In this document: piece after piece, positions 37,720 through 49,348 of the stretch
Position numbering within the stretch: the first letter of the stretch is position 1
How the letters are laid out: the number at the start of each line of letters is the position of its first letter
From: Felis catus
Lineage: Eukaryota
Length of the DNA: 64,000 nt
Assembly (NCBI RefSeq): GCF_018350175.1
Contig: NC_058368.1
Location: 155,808,001-155,872,000 of the forward strand
Direction: 5' to 3'
The notes under the pieces: generated by a model
What the model saw: the letters and a program-made list of their open reading frames with translations, nothing else
Databases searched by the model: none
Told to the model about the DNA's origin: nothing
Translations under genes and position numbers: made by a program

Positions 37720-38342
37720 CAATAAAACCTTGGTTTATGAGCATAATTCATTGCGGAAACATGCTTGTAATCCAAAGTACTTGTATATCAAAGTGAATTT
37801 CCCCAGAAAAAATAATGGAAACTCAGATGATTCATTCCACAACCCAAAAAATATTCATATAAAAATGATTACAATACTGTAATATAATACAAAATAAAAA
37901 AGAAAATACAAAATATACAGAAAAATAAACAAATAACCTGCACTTACCCTTGAGAACCTTTGTGGCTGGTGTGAGGGAAATCAGAGAGAAGAGGGTTATT
38001 GTGTAGGATGCCTTTTACTATCACTAATGGATTCACTGCTATCTATTGGCTCGATGGAATCTTTTTCTTTCCTTGCAAGTTTAACAAGGAACCTATCCAA
38101 TGACAGTTGCTTTTGCCCCCTTTTGAGGATCATGAAAACGCAACATTGTATTGATGATTACCCACAATCCCGGAGAGAGAGAGAGAAGAACCATTGGCTC
38201 AGTTGTGATCATGTGACATTCAGCATCACATACTACTTATTATGAAAGACATTGCTCATTTATCTAAAGTTAAAATTAGAAATGTTTGCTCATCTTGCAG
38301 AACACATGCAGAACAAGTTACTCGCCATCCAATGTTTTATTG
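37720..38342 (-). mobile_element. Tigger-type (Tc1/mariner-pogo) non-autonomous element with both TIRs
   Basis: TA|CAATAAAACCTTGG at left, CCAATGTTTTATTG|TA at right (TA duplication); internal transposase C-terminal remnant on the minus strand. Confidence 0.85.
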
Positions 38343-39003
38343 TATATCCATCTATATAGATAAGACGATATAGGTGAATATCTACATGAGTGTATACACA
38401 CCCAAGCACATATACATACATATGTATATCTTATTTATTTTGATACTGACCTATCTACAGAGACTAAAAACTATCAATATACATATGCATGTATATGCAC
38501 AGACACAAACACATTTGCTGAGAGACTAAGCAATGACAAAGCCACCAAGGCACAGATCTTGGTGTGTATGTGGCATATTTATGTATGTACACATACGTAA
38601 ACGTTTTTCTAATAAAAGTAACCAAAGCTCATTGGAGAGAGGGTTGATTCAGAAGCTTGGGCTTTATATGCCATTCTCCATTAGAAGGAACCAAAAATCC
38701 TAAGAGAAGAGGTTGATTTCGGGTTTGGTGGACAGAAAATTGAAATCTGAAAAAAAGGGGTTTTTTTTGTACCAAAAAGTAGGTTATACTGAAACAGCAA
38801 TGAATAAATGTTAAAAGAACACAAAAAACTGCTTGACAAGAATCCTTCTGGCCAAATGTGGAATGATTTGGACGTTAGAATGATGACAACAACAGAGTAT
38901 ACAGCTCACTGAATAAGAATCTATGAGTCTGTAATAATATAAAGAACTGAATGAATAAAGTAAATAAAAAAATAAAAAGCTCTTTTTATTATTATTTCTT
39001 ATT

Positions 39004-39225
39004 TATTAAAAAAAATTTTTTTTAAGTTTGTTTATTTTTGAGACAGAGAGAGACAGAGCATGAACGGGGGAGGGGAAGAGAGATAGGGAGACACAGAATC
39101 GGAAGCAGGCTCCAGGCTCTGAGCCATCAGCCCAGAGCCCGACGCGGGGCTCGAACTCACGGACCGCGAGATCGTGACCTGAGCTGAAGTCCGACGCTTA
39201 ACCGATTGAGCCACCCAGGCGCCCC
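39004..39225 (-). mobile_element. Young CanSINE (SINEC_Fc-like), CpG-rich
   Basis: gagccatcagcccagagcccgacgcggggctcgaactcacggaccgcgagatcgtg; TSD tattatttcttatt at 38990-39003 and 39227-39240. Confidence 0.96.
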
Positions 39226-39237
39226 ATATTATTTCTT

Positions 39238-39240
<3 letters not shown>

Positions 39241-39277
<37 letters not shown>

Positions 39278-39431
39278 CATGCAAGGTGGGGAAAAGGCCA
39301 GAGGGAGAGAGAATTTAAGCAGACTCTACACTCACCATGGCGTGTGGAGCCTAATGTGGGTCTTCATCCCACGACCCTGGGATCATAACCTGAGCCGAAA
39401 TCAAGATTGGGCACCCAACTGACTCAGCCAC
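39241..39431 (-). mobile_element. Older CanSINE whose tail is interrupted by the 39004-39225 SINE
   Basis: (GA)n, cctgagccgaaatcaaga, caactgactcagccac; head slightly truncated. Confidence 0.88.
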
Positions 39432-39659
39432 TTAAAAGAAAGCCCTTTTCTTATGTAGAATGCCAACATATATAGGAGAAATCATGGAAATTAAAAAACA
39501 TCAGTAGATGCTAAAATTAATAGGTCAAAGTTTCATAAGGAAGATAGTCTCAAGTATCTGTCCAAAAAGTACTTATTTACAGAGAGAAAAATGATAATAA
39601 CATATGGTATGATCTAACAGACATCACGAGTATCAGAGCAACCAAAAAAAAATGTACTC

Positions 39660-39815
39660 TTTTTTTAAAAATTTGAATATAGTTGGCATATAATATTAGT
39701 ATCAGGTGTACAGCATAGTGATTCAACATTTATATATATTTTGAAATGTTCAGCACAATGTCTACTCAATATCTGTCACCGTATAATGTTACTACAAGAT
39801 TACTGACTATATTCA
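39660..39815 (-). mobile_element. Short L1 3' end
   Basis: gaatatagttggcatataatattagtatcaggtgtacagcatagtgattcaacatt; decayed TSD atgtactctt/atgcactctt. Confidence 0.75.
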
Positions 39816-40155
39816 TTCATTCAAAATCATGCACTCTTGATATCATACACGCAGGACAAAAAGTCACTTCCAGGGTACTTCTGTCAAAAATGCATAATCT
39901 GAATGTAATCATGAGAATACATATGACAGCCTGAACTCTTCAAAAAAATATCAACGTCAAGAAATATAAAGAAAGGCTAAAGAATGGTTCCATAGTAAAA
40001 GAGAATAAAGGGACATAACAATTAAATGCAGTGTGCAAACCTGGATTTGATCCTGGACTTGAAAATTAGCTATCAAGTACATTATATAACAACTAGCAAA
40101 ATTTAAACGTGGCCTGTAGACTGCATTATACTGAATCAAAACAAAAAAATTCCCA

Positions 40156-40352
40156 AGGCGCCTGGGTGGCTCAACTCGTCAAGCATGTGACTTCAGCTCA
40201 GGTCATGATCTCATGATTTGTGGGTTCTAGCCTTGCCTGGGGCTCTGTGCTGACAGCTCAGAGCCTGGATCCTGCTTCGGATTCTGTGTCTCCCTCTCTC
40301 TCTGTTCCTCCTCTGCTCATGCTCTGTCTCTCAAAAATAAATAACTTAAAAT
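40156..40352 (+). mobile_element. CanSINE (SINEC_Fc-like)
   Basis: ggcgcctgggtggctc; gtgctgacagctcagagcctgga; cttcggattctgtgtctccc. Confidence 0.94.
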
Positions 40353-41194
40353 AAAAAATTTCCTGATTCTGCTAATTGCACTGTAGTTATCAAGAGAATG
40401 TCCTTGTTCTTTGAAAATATACACAAATGTATTACTAGTAAAAGGGCATGATGTTTCCAACTTACTCTCAAATGGTTCAGAAAAATAATTATATAATATA
40501 TAATATACATGATTCCTTAAAATCATGCAACTTTTCTGTAAGTGTGAAATTATATCACAACACAAAGCTATTTTAAAATTTCCCAAACTGTTCATATTCC
40601 TACTTCAGGTGCTACTGACACTGCATCTATTTTCACAAGTATTTCAACTGAAATGTGGCAGATGACAAATAGGATAACAACAATTTGCTTTCATTAAAAC
40701 ATTTTAATTTCTTGAAATGTTATGACAAGACCACAACTATACTATATGGGGATAATTTTCATCCATTACTGCTTGTCAAAATCAAGGACTCAATGGAGTA
40801 AGTCTTAAGAGTTTGCTAAGTTTGTGCCACTGCTTATCTCCCACCTCAATTTCTAAAATTCTGTTAACTTCCCCCATTATTCTTTAAACTCAATTCAAAT
40901 GCTGCCTCTTACTTGAGGTTCTCACTTATTCTGCCAATGAACTCTACCATTCTAATGAAATTTAGTGTTCCATTTTGATTATCTCACATTCTCATTTGCC
41001 CACTTAAGTGAGCACCTTAAAAGCAAGAATTATAACCTACTCTACTTTATCATAGCATCAACCACAGGGTAGATGAGCAATATAACAACAATGAAAGAAT
41101 GAAAAATGATTGGTAGTGATTGCAAACATGTGACTCTTCAGTTTGTCAAGAACCATAAGAAATACAGGACAGGTGAAAATCTGCATATAACTCA

Positions 41195-41452
41195 AAAGCT
41201 GAACTGATATTCGCCTACTATTGACTGGAAGCCTTACCAATAAATAACCCAGTCAGTTCAATAACCCATATTTTGTTATATATATTTTGTACTGTATTCT
41301 TACAATAAATTTAGCTAGAGAAGAGAGAATGTTATTAAGGAAATCATAAGGAAGAGAAACTACATTTACAGTACTGTAGTGTATTCATTAAACAAAAAAA
41401 ATCTGTGGTGGATTCGCACAGTTCAAGACCTGTGTTATTCAAGGGCCAACTG
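41195..41452. mobile_element. Tigger2-like fragment (one TIR seen)
   Basis: Ends gtgttattcaagggccaactg|TA; aatgttattaaggaaatcataaggaagagaaa. Confidence 0.8.
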
Positions 41453-42133
41453 TATTATACTGGGACTCAAAATCATTTAAAATAAAGATCTGACCAGTAA
41501 GTCACCTAACGGTTTAAAAAACAACAAAAACTTTTCTCTCTTAATATCCCATTTATCACAACTCTACATTCCGTCCTAGCTCCCTCCTAGGGAGGAAGGA
41601 AAAGATGGAGGCAGGGAGGGGTGGAGAGGAGGGAGAGATAGAAGCAGAAGGGATGAGGGAAAAAGGAGGAAGAGAAAAAAACATAAAATTTCTTAATAGT
41701 TAAAGTTTAATATTATTCAATAATGTCAGTTTGGTTAGACCTACAAGGGTTCCTCTCACATCTTTACATTAAAGAGACTATGGATGGCAATGAGTTCTAT
41801 GGAATGAACTAAAGTATATTTACCTCAGGTGCATATCCTCTTAAGTCATAACTATCTCTTAAATTTCACTAAAACTGTCTTCATCTGATTGCTATTTTTC
41901 CTCTTAAAAGCTTTTATACTTCATTGTCAGTGGGCACATTCTAATCTTTAGTCCTTTAAGGTAACTGCTTTTTCAGCATATCTTTGAAATAAAATTCATT
42001 TCTCCAACTTTCCATTAGCATTCTCTGGAGTTCTAGTCTGTATGCCCAGCTGTCCTTCATTTAGATTAGCTTTAGCTCAGATGCTCTCACATTTTCCTTT
42101 TACCCCTTCTACAGAAGAGTCGTCCTTATTTTC

Positions 42134-42358
42134 TTTTTTTTTTTAATTTTTTTTTCAACGTTTATTTATTTTTGGGACAGAGAGAGACAGAGCATGAACG
42201 GGGGAGGGGCAGAGTGAGAGGGAGACACAGAATCGGAAGCAGGCTCCAGGCTCTGAGCCATCAGCCCAGAGCCCGATGCGAGGCTCGAACTCACGGACTG
42301 CGAGATCGTGACCTGGCTGAAGTCGGACGCCCAACCGACTGCGCCACCCAGGCGCCCC
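42134..42358 (-). mobile_element. Very young CanSINE (SINEC_Fc-like)
   Basis: Perfect 18-bp TSD agagtcgtccttattttc (42116-42133, 42359-42376); most CpGs intact. Confidence 0.97.
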
Positions 42359-42835
42359 AGAGTCGTCCTTATTTTCATATTTTCCCCAATAACCGGATTC
42401 TTAAATACCTTAAAGAGCAACAGATTTGTAAATGTACCAACTGATATCTCCTCCTAGAGATTTCACGGTCACCTCAAACTGACTATGTTCAAAGTAAATC
42501 CATCTATACATATCCAAACTTATTTTCCTCTAGTACATTCATCAACTCCATAAATGGCACCACCATCCACCTAACTGCTCAAGCTGGAAGCCTAGAAATC
42601 TTCAGTCCTTCTCCTTCATCCTCTGCTTACAATCAATCAAGTCCCTCAAGCTAAAACTTGAAGAGCTCCACATTTCCTCATTCTACTCTCACCATTCTAG
42701 TCCAATGTAGTCTACCAAAAGGTATATCCCTTCCTTAATTAGTTCTGTATCTCCCTTCTGCTATACTTAATAACTACTCCCTTCAAATCCTATTTACTGT
42801 TAGCAGGCATATTTCTCATTTAAAAATGCAAATCT

Positions 42836-42944
42836 GGGAGCACCTGGCTGCCTCAGTCAGTAGAGCACATGACTCTTGATTTCGGGGTCCTGGATATGAA
42901 CCCCACATTGGATGCGGGGCCTACTTAAAAAGAATAAACAAATA
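42836..42944 (+). mobile_element. Short CanSINE (tRNA-like head plus tail, no CT tract)
   Basis: gggagcacctggctgcctcagtcagtagagcacatgactcttgat...gcctacttaaaaa; TSD tttaaaaatgcaaatc. Confidence 0.88.
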
Positions 42945-42963
42945 TTTAAAAATGCAAATCAGA

Positions 42964-43180
42964 GGGGCGCCTGGGTGGCGCAGTCCATTAAGCATCCGAC
43001 TTCAGCCAGGTCACGATCTCGCGGTCCGTGAGTTCCAGCCCCGCGTCGGGCTCTGGGCTGATGGCTCAGAGCCTGGAGCCTGTTTCCGATTCTGTGTCTC
43101 CCTCTCTCTCTGCCCCTCCCCCGTTCATGCTCTGTCGCTCTCTGTCCCAAAAATAAATAAAAAAACGTTGAAAAAAAAAT
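42964..43180 (+). mobile_element. Very young CanSINE (SINEC_Fc-like)
   Basis: ggggcgcctgggtggcgcagtc...ttcagccaggtcacgatctcgcggtccgtgag; flanked by tttaaaaatgcaaatcaga at 42945-42963 and 43181-43199. Confidence 0.97.
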
Positions 43181-43649
43181 TTTAAAAATGCAAATCAGAT
43201 GACTTCCCAGTGCTATTAGGGTAAGACCCCAATCCTTAGATTGTGCAACAACCTGTGTGATCTGGTACTGCCTACTTCTCAAGTTTCATTTACACTACTC
43301 TCTTTCCTCATTTTCTGTCTTATGTAGCCACAGGATTCTTCTGAATTCTCAGGATCTTTTCCAAATCACAACCTTTGCAAACAATGTGGCTTTGCTTGGA
43401 ATGGTCTTCCTATTCTTTGCTTATTTAGTTTAACATCTTCCTTGCCTGGCCCCCAAACTACCCACACAGGTAAGAATCATGCATTCCTCTTTCCTAACAC
43501 TTAGATCATTAATGATGTTTTTCCCAAAATACGTCTTTGCCATTAGATTTGGAGCTTTGGAAGAGGAGCAACTACATATATTTGTCTCAGGCTGAATATC
43601 TAAAGCCTAACTCATGTAACGGAAACTGAATTATTTTTTGAGTCAACAG

Positions 43650-43885
43650 CAATAATAATAGCAAACACTCAAACTAACACTCACACTAACCTAAGTTCCT
43701 TTAATAAATCTTTATTCCTGTAATCTTCACAGGAACTCTATAAAGAAGGAAACCAAAGCTTTAAAAAGGTTATGTAAGCTACCCATGGTCACATAGCTAA
43801 ATAAGTTTTGGAGTCTGTATTCAAACCTATGGAATCTGCCTGCCCTAAAGTCTAGAATCTAGTCTGACTTTATATGATACACTGC
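43650..43885 (-). mobile_element. MIR
   Basis: taatcttcacaggaactctat...ggaaaccaaagct...acccatggtcacatagctaaataagt...attcaaacct. Confidence 0.7.
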
Positions 43886-44104
43886 ATGTCCTATGTTACA
43901 AAGTCAATAAAGATGTTAAGAGAGAGTGTGATGTAAAACTGAAGTTAAAAGGTTTTAGTAACCTAATACCAGCAGGCAAGAACAGAAACACAAAAGGATG
44001 TTTAAAGTGGTGTAAGTCTCTGTGACAGGTAAAATACAAGTAATTTTAATTGTTTAAATTAGACATTCTTTTTTTTTTTTTACATTCACTTGGATGTTTT
44101 ATTT

Positions 44105-45072
44105 TTTATGGTGATTTTATTTTTTCCCCTTTTTTAAAGTTAAATTTTTGTTAGTTAACATACAGTACAATATTGGTAACAGGAACAGAATTCAGCAATT
44201 CATCACTTACATACAACACCCAGGGCTCATCACACCAAATGCCATCCTTAGTACCCATCACCCATCCAGTCCATCCCCCACCAACCTCCCTCCATCAACC
44301 CTGTTTGTTGTCTGTCTTTTTAGAGTCTCTTATGGTTTGCTTCCCTCTCTTTTCTCCTGCCCCTCCCAACTTCACATATGTTCATCTGTTTTGTTTTTAA
44401 ATTCCACACATGAGTGAAATCGCATGGTATATTAGTCCTTCTCTGATTGACTTATTTCACTTGGCATAATACATTCTAGCTTCATCCAAGTCATTGCAAA
44501 TGGTAAGATTTCATTTTTTGATAGGTGAGTAATACTCCATTGTATACCACATGTTCTTTATCCATTCATCTGATGATGGACATTTGGGCTTTCTCCATAG
44601 TTTGGCTATTGTTGATAATGCTGCTATAAACATTGGGGTACATGTACCCCTATGAATCTGTTATTTGTATCTTTTGGGTAAATACCTAACAGTGCAATTG
44701 CTAGATCATAGGGTAGTTCTATTTTTAGTTTCTTGAGGAATTTCCATACTGTTCTCCAGAGTGGCTGCACCAGTTTGCATTCCCACCAACAGTGCAAGAG
44801 GGTTTCCCTTTCTCCTCATCGTCGCCAACACCTATTGTTTCTTGTGTGGAGTCCCAGAAAATGAATAGAGAGAAAAAGGAGCAGAAGGTTTATAAGAGAA
44901 AATTATACCTGAAAAATTCCATCGTTTGGTGAAAGACACAGACATCAAAATCCAAGAAGCAAAGATAACTCCCATCAAATTCAACAAACCACTTATGAAA
45001 GAGACTGAAGAAGACACCAAGAAATAGAAAAACATCCCATGTTCATGGACTAGACGAACAAACATTGTTAAA
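44105..45072 (-). mobile_element. Carnivore L1, 5'-truncated, with an inverted 5' portion
   Basis: Antisense 3'UTR/ORF2 end at 44105-44848 (gttctccagagtggctgcaccagtttgcattcccaccaacagtgcaagaggg); sense ORF1 and ORF2 pieces at ~44849-45072; atgttttattt at 44094-44104 and 45073-45083. Confidence 0.85.
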
Positions 45073-45233
45073 ATGTTTTATTTGAAGACAAACTGTGGTA
45101 AATTAGGGATGCCTATTGTAAACCCTAGGGCAATCAACAGTGAAGTCAAACAAAGTGGCAGAGTTAATAGCCAAAAGGAGGTAAAATGGATTAGTACCCA
45201 AAACATAATATATTAAGTTAGATTTATTACTTT

Positions 45234-45451
45234 ATTTTTTATTATTTTTTAATGTTTGTTTACTTGTGAGAGAGACAGAGTGTGAGAAGGGGAAGGGCAG
45301 AGCAACAGGAAGACACAGAATCTGAAGCAAGCTCCATGCTCTGAGCTGTCAGCACAGAGCCCGACACGGGGCTCAAAGCCACAAACCAAGAGATCATGAC
45401 CTGAGCTGAATGAAGTCGGACACTTAACCGACTGAGCCACCTAGGTGCCCC
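45234..45451 (-). mobile_element. CanSINE (SINEC_Fc-like)
   Basis: TSD tagatttattacttt/tagagttattacttt; full body. Confidence 0.94.
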
Positions 45452-48400
45452 TAGAGTTATTACTTTTAGCTAAGGTTTTTCTTAAGATTGAAAGGATGAA
45501 TTTCTAAAGAAGTCTCTAATATACACCAGTCATTTGCCTACTTCTTTTTGTATAGACATTAATTATACAGTTTCTCCATGTATGAAAACTAAGGGGACTC
45601 AGCATAAAGGCATTCTAGAAATTCAATAAAGACCATTCTGCCAAAAAAAAGTCATAGATTCCTACTTAGACAAAATACAGTATTCTTTACAAACCCAAAT
45701 GTTAATTTTTATCAGTCAGAATGACAATATCAAAAGAATAGGAATGAAAATTTAAATTAAGGCTCAGAGGTAAATCTTAGAGTATGAGATATAACCGTTT
45801 CGAATACAATTCAAGACATTTTAAAAGTAGATTTCATTCTGGGAAAGATCTAGCATCAAAAAAATGTTCCTACTTCTAAAAACCATGTAAGAAACTAAAA
45901 CACCTTTCCAGTGATCCCTAAACAGTTTCAAAAAGTAAACTCTAAAGGATTATATATTAATTTAATGAGTACATGCTAAAGAGATTAGTTGTCAATAAAA
46001 TACAAAACTTCTTAAACTGAAAAAATATCTTGTATCTTGGCTTGTTAAAAGCAAATGAACTAAAAAAAATTATCTTAAATATATAATATGTAATTTCAGT
46101 AATATCTGAAAGCTATTTTATTATATAAAATATTTTGCTTTGGAGAGCCTTACCAGCTGGTACCATTTGCCCAGAGAGACAGCTGTTTTTTAGTTTTCCT
46201 ATCTCAGCACGTTTCCAACTGTCAGTTCTAACTGTATGCAATCCCATAGTGACAGAATACTTTAAGAGAAATGGCTCATTAACTGTGAATCTACGAAGTC
46301 CACTCTCTTCAGTGAATTCAAATTAAATCCACAGACTTGCTAGCTCATAAGAGAATTCCCCATACATCTTTTGTTGTTCTTTTGCACTGTTGACTCAAAG
46401 TAAAATATTCACACCATCTACTATAAAATATTTTGCTCAGTCCTATAAATGCACTAATATAAAAAATGTTAGTGAAAGTATATCTTCAAAAATTATGAAT
46501 TAAAGAGCTATTTTAATAATATAAACATTTCCCAATTCTATTACAATGTAAGTAGTTTACAATTTTGCAGAGAGAGTACTGTGGATAGTAAAGCCCAAAT
46601 TTGAAATGTATAATAGGTGCTTAGAAAATTCCCAGTAACAACTCTGAGAGAGATATTAAAAGGAAAGAAATAAATAGGATATCTCTTTATTATCTTACAG
46701 ACTGCATTAATTCCTGACTAAATCTTTCACCTCTTGTCTGTGCCAAGTTTATCTGCCAGCTGTTTTTACTTCCCAGCTGTCAATACTCACACTGTATTTT
46801 TCTTTAATATTTCTACCAAATCAACCATTACCAAACATCAGTTGTTTGAGCAAGTTGTCAAGCTCCAGAAGATATCGGGTTCAGCCATACTAGGTATTAG
46901 CCAACAAACGTTTTATCAGACACACTACTTGTGCCCCTGAGTTGATTTTAACATTAGCATAGCACAAAAAACAGTTTCTAGGAGCTAGATGGGAAATCAG
47001 TATAAATGAACACTAAATATGTTTTCTAAGTACCCGGGGAGAGCTTCAACTAGTTATTCTGCATCCAGTGAGATATTTCAGGACCCTAACCAAACCTCAA
47101 AAATACACAAAATCTTTTCACATAGTATACTCTACATACTTTGTAGCAATCAAAACCCAAATTTAATCTTAGGTTTGCAAAACCTAGTATCTGTAAACAT
47201 TTTCAAAACCTAGTCTTCCCTTTTCCAAGTTATATCTGTTCTAACTCCTAGACAAAGTTACTCTAGAAAAAGGAGTTCAAATGCCCTTGAAATATATCAC
47301 TTTCTAATTCAAGATTTGATAATCTCATGTAATCAATGAACCTCTGCCTCAGACTATTTCACCTGTAAAAATAGGACAGACACAACTTTCAGCAACTAGA
47401 AAATATTTTTAACCGACTTATAGTCAATGACTTTACGCTATTTTTTGCTCAGGTATTCTCTACAACTTTGAATATTGTTATACTGACCCCAAATACTCAT
47501 TCTGAATAAATTAAGTTCCAGAATCCTATCTAAATTCTATTATCACACTGCAAAATAATCAGAATCCCTCTGCTCTGATCAAACAGTTCACAAATGCCCA
47601 AGAAGAGTTCTCAATAGTGTATGTATCTGTATACACACATACGCTTACATATATGAATATGGATATGTGTAGATGCATGAGTGCATTCCCAAAGGAAAAG
47701 AGGTTCAAGAAACAATTTGTGCAGTCTTTTCTTTAAAAATTGGAAAAAAAAACCTGACAAATTCATGAAGAAGAATAAAATAAAGAGTGTAATGAGAAGT
47801 CCCATCTGCCTATGACATAATAGCCAAGCATGATTTTTTAGAATCTTTTTCCTTTAACTAATTTAACAAAATGTTCTTAAAACCTAGAGAGTATTGAGAT
47901 GGGGTGGGGGTATCAATTAGCATATATTTTGGAAGTCAAATATAGTTTATTGGTAATAGAACTTACCCTAATTTTCATTTCTATTATTTCTAAAATCCTA
48001 ATCAATTTTGTGGAAAAGAAGAAAGTAAAAAGATGTACAAGCTTACAGTATATCCATTCTTCTTCTGGCTCATGAAAGATATATTTGTAAAATATTTGTA
48101 TATAAAAAGATCCCTATATATGTTGCAAACTACATTTCATGCAATATATACTCTGCATTAAATATCTACCTGAATAAAGATTTTTTTCCCAGAGTGCAGA
48201 AAGATAAAAATTTAGTATAAAAGGACATTGGCTCGGAACAACATACCAGATGAACATAAAAGGTTAATTTTAATAATCAAATTCATAATTCATCTAATCT
48301 AGGAAATGCCAAGAATAGTTTAAAGAGATATTCCATTTAACATGAACTAATGCACCAACTGTCAGTAACAGTGAAGATGACTAAATGATTCTGAAATACA

Positions 48401-49294
48401 ATATGCTTGTGTTTAATGACATCAGTAGACATGTAGGAAATTTGCAGTATATTATTTGCCCAGTTACTGTGCTGCTTGTAAAACCATTACTAGACTACAA
48501 ATCTTATTCTACTTTTAGAACTGCCCATGATCCAAGAAAAGAAAAAAAAAATAGCACAAAACATATTATTCTTTTCTTAGACAGGTACATTTCGGTGAAA
48601 ACGCAATTTTAAGAATGTTATGCTTTTGTTTCTGGCACAGAAAAACCTCTCTAAGCATTATTCATATTATTTCTCTCCCCTAAACTTAACATACTTTAAT
48701 GCCATATGGGCACAAATTTACTTCTGTTCATTTAAACTTGCAATTAAACTTTATAACATAGAAAACTGCTAAAGTAAAATAATCCCATTCCACTAAAAGG
48801 CTTTTTTTTTTTCTTTAAAATAACATGGATGATGTGCCAAATGGCTGGGGTGGTAGCTCATTATACCTTCAGAGAGAATCCAAGTTTGAGGCTTATCTTG
48901 GGTTCTCACACGTAGTGGCAAAACCTTGGAGTGCTATGAAGGGTTAGAAAGGGCAGATCTAATGCCTGAATTGAGTGAATACATTCAGAGAGCATTGGTT
49001 TTTTAGTAATCTAATGAGCAATGCATTAGTATATTCATCAATGCATTCTAACTTTTTAAATAACAAAGTCCATTGTATCTAAAATACTCAAACCATTTCT
49101 TTACAGAAAGAATCCTTAATGTTACTCAGGAAATATTCTTATTTTTTTTAAATCTATGTCAACATTTAAAGTCATGAAATTCCATTTAGAGACTGAAAGA
49201 AATAATTTGTGAAATTCCAATTAACAGGGAATCAGAAAGTCAATATATTGTCAAAGAAGTAAGCAGCAGGATCTGGTCCAGCATATCAATAATC

Positions 49295-49348
49295 ATAGAT
49301 ATAGATACAGATATAGATATAGATATAGATATAGATATAGATATAGAT
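49295..49348. repeat. (ATAGAT)n hexanucleotide microsatellite
   Basis: Directly visible. Confidence 0.95.

Larger units (their letters stand above)
38520..40575 (+). mobile_element. Old L1 (L1MC-like) 3' region hosting three SINEs and a younger antisense L1 piece
   Basis: aaatgcataatctgaatgtaatcatgag; aattaaatgcagtgtg...cctggatttgatcctgga; caagagaatgtccttgttc; aacttactctcaaatggttcagaaaaa. Confidence 0.75.
42380..43650 (+). mobile_element. L2 remnant interrupted by two SINEs
   Basis: cacctcaaactgactatgttcaaa; taaatggcaccaccatccacctaactgctcaagc; aaaatgcaaatcagat; tgcttggaatggtcttcc. Confidence 0.75.

Noticed and set aside
42836..42915. tRNA-like sequences here and at 60217-60310
   Set aside because: Diverged tRNA-derived SINE heads with A tails and TSDs, not tRNA genes.
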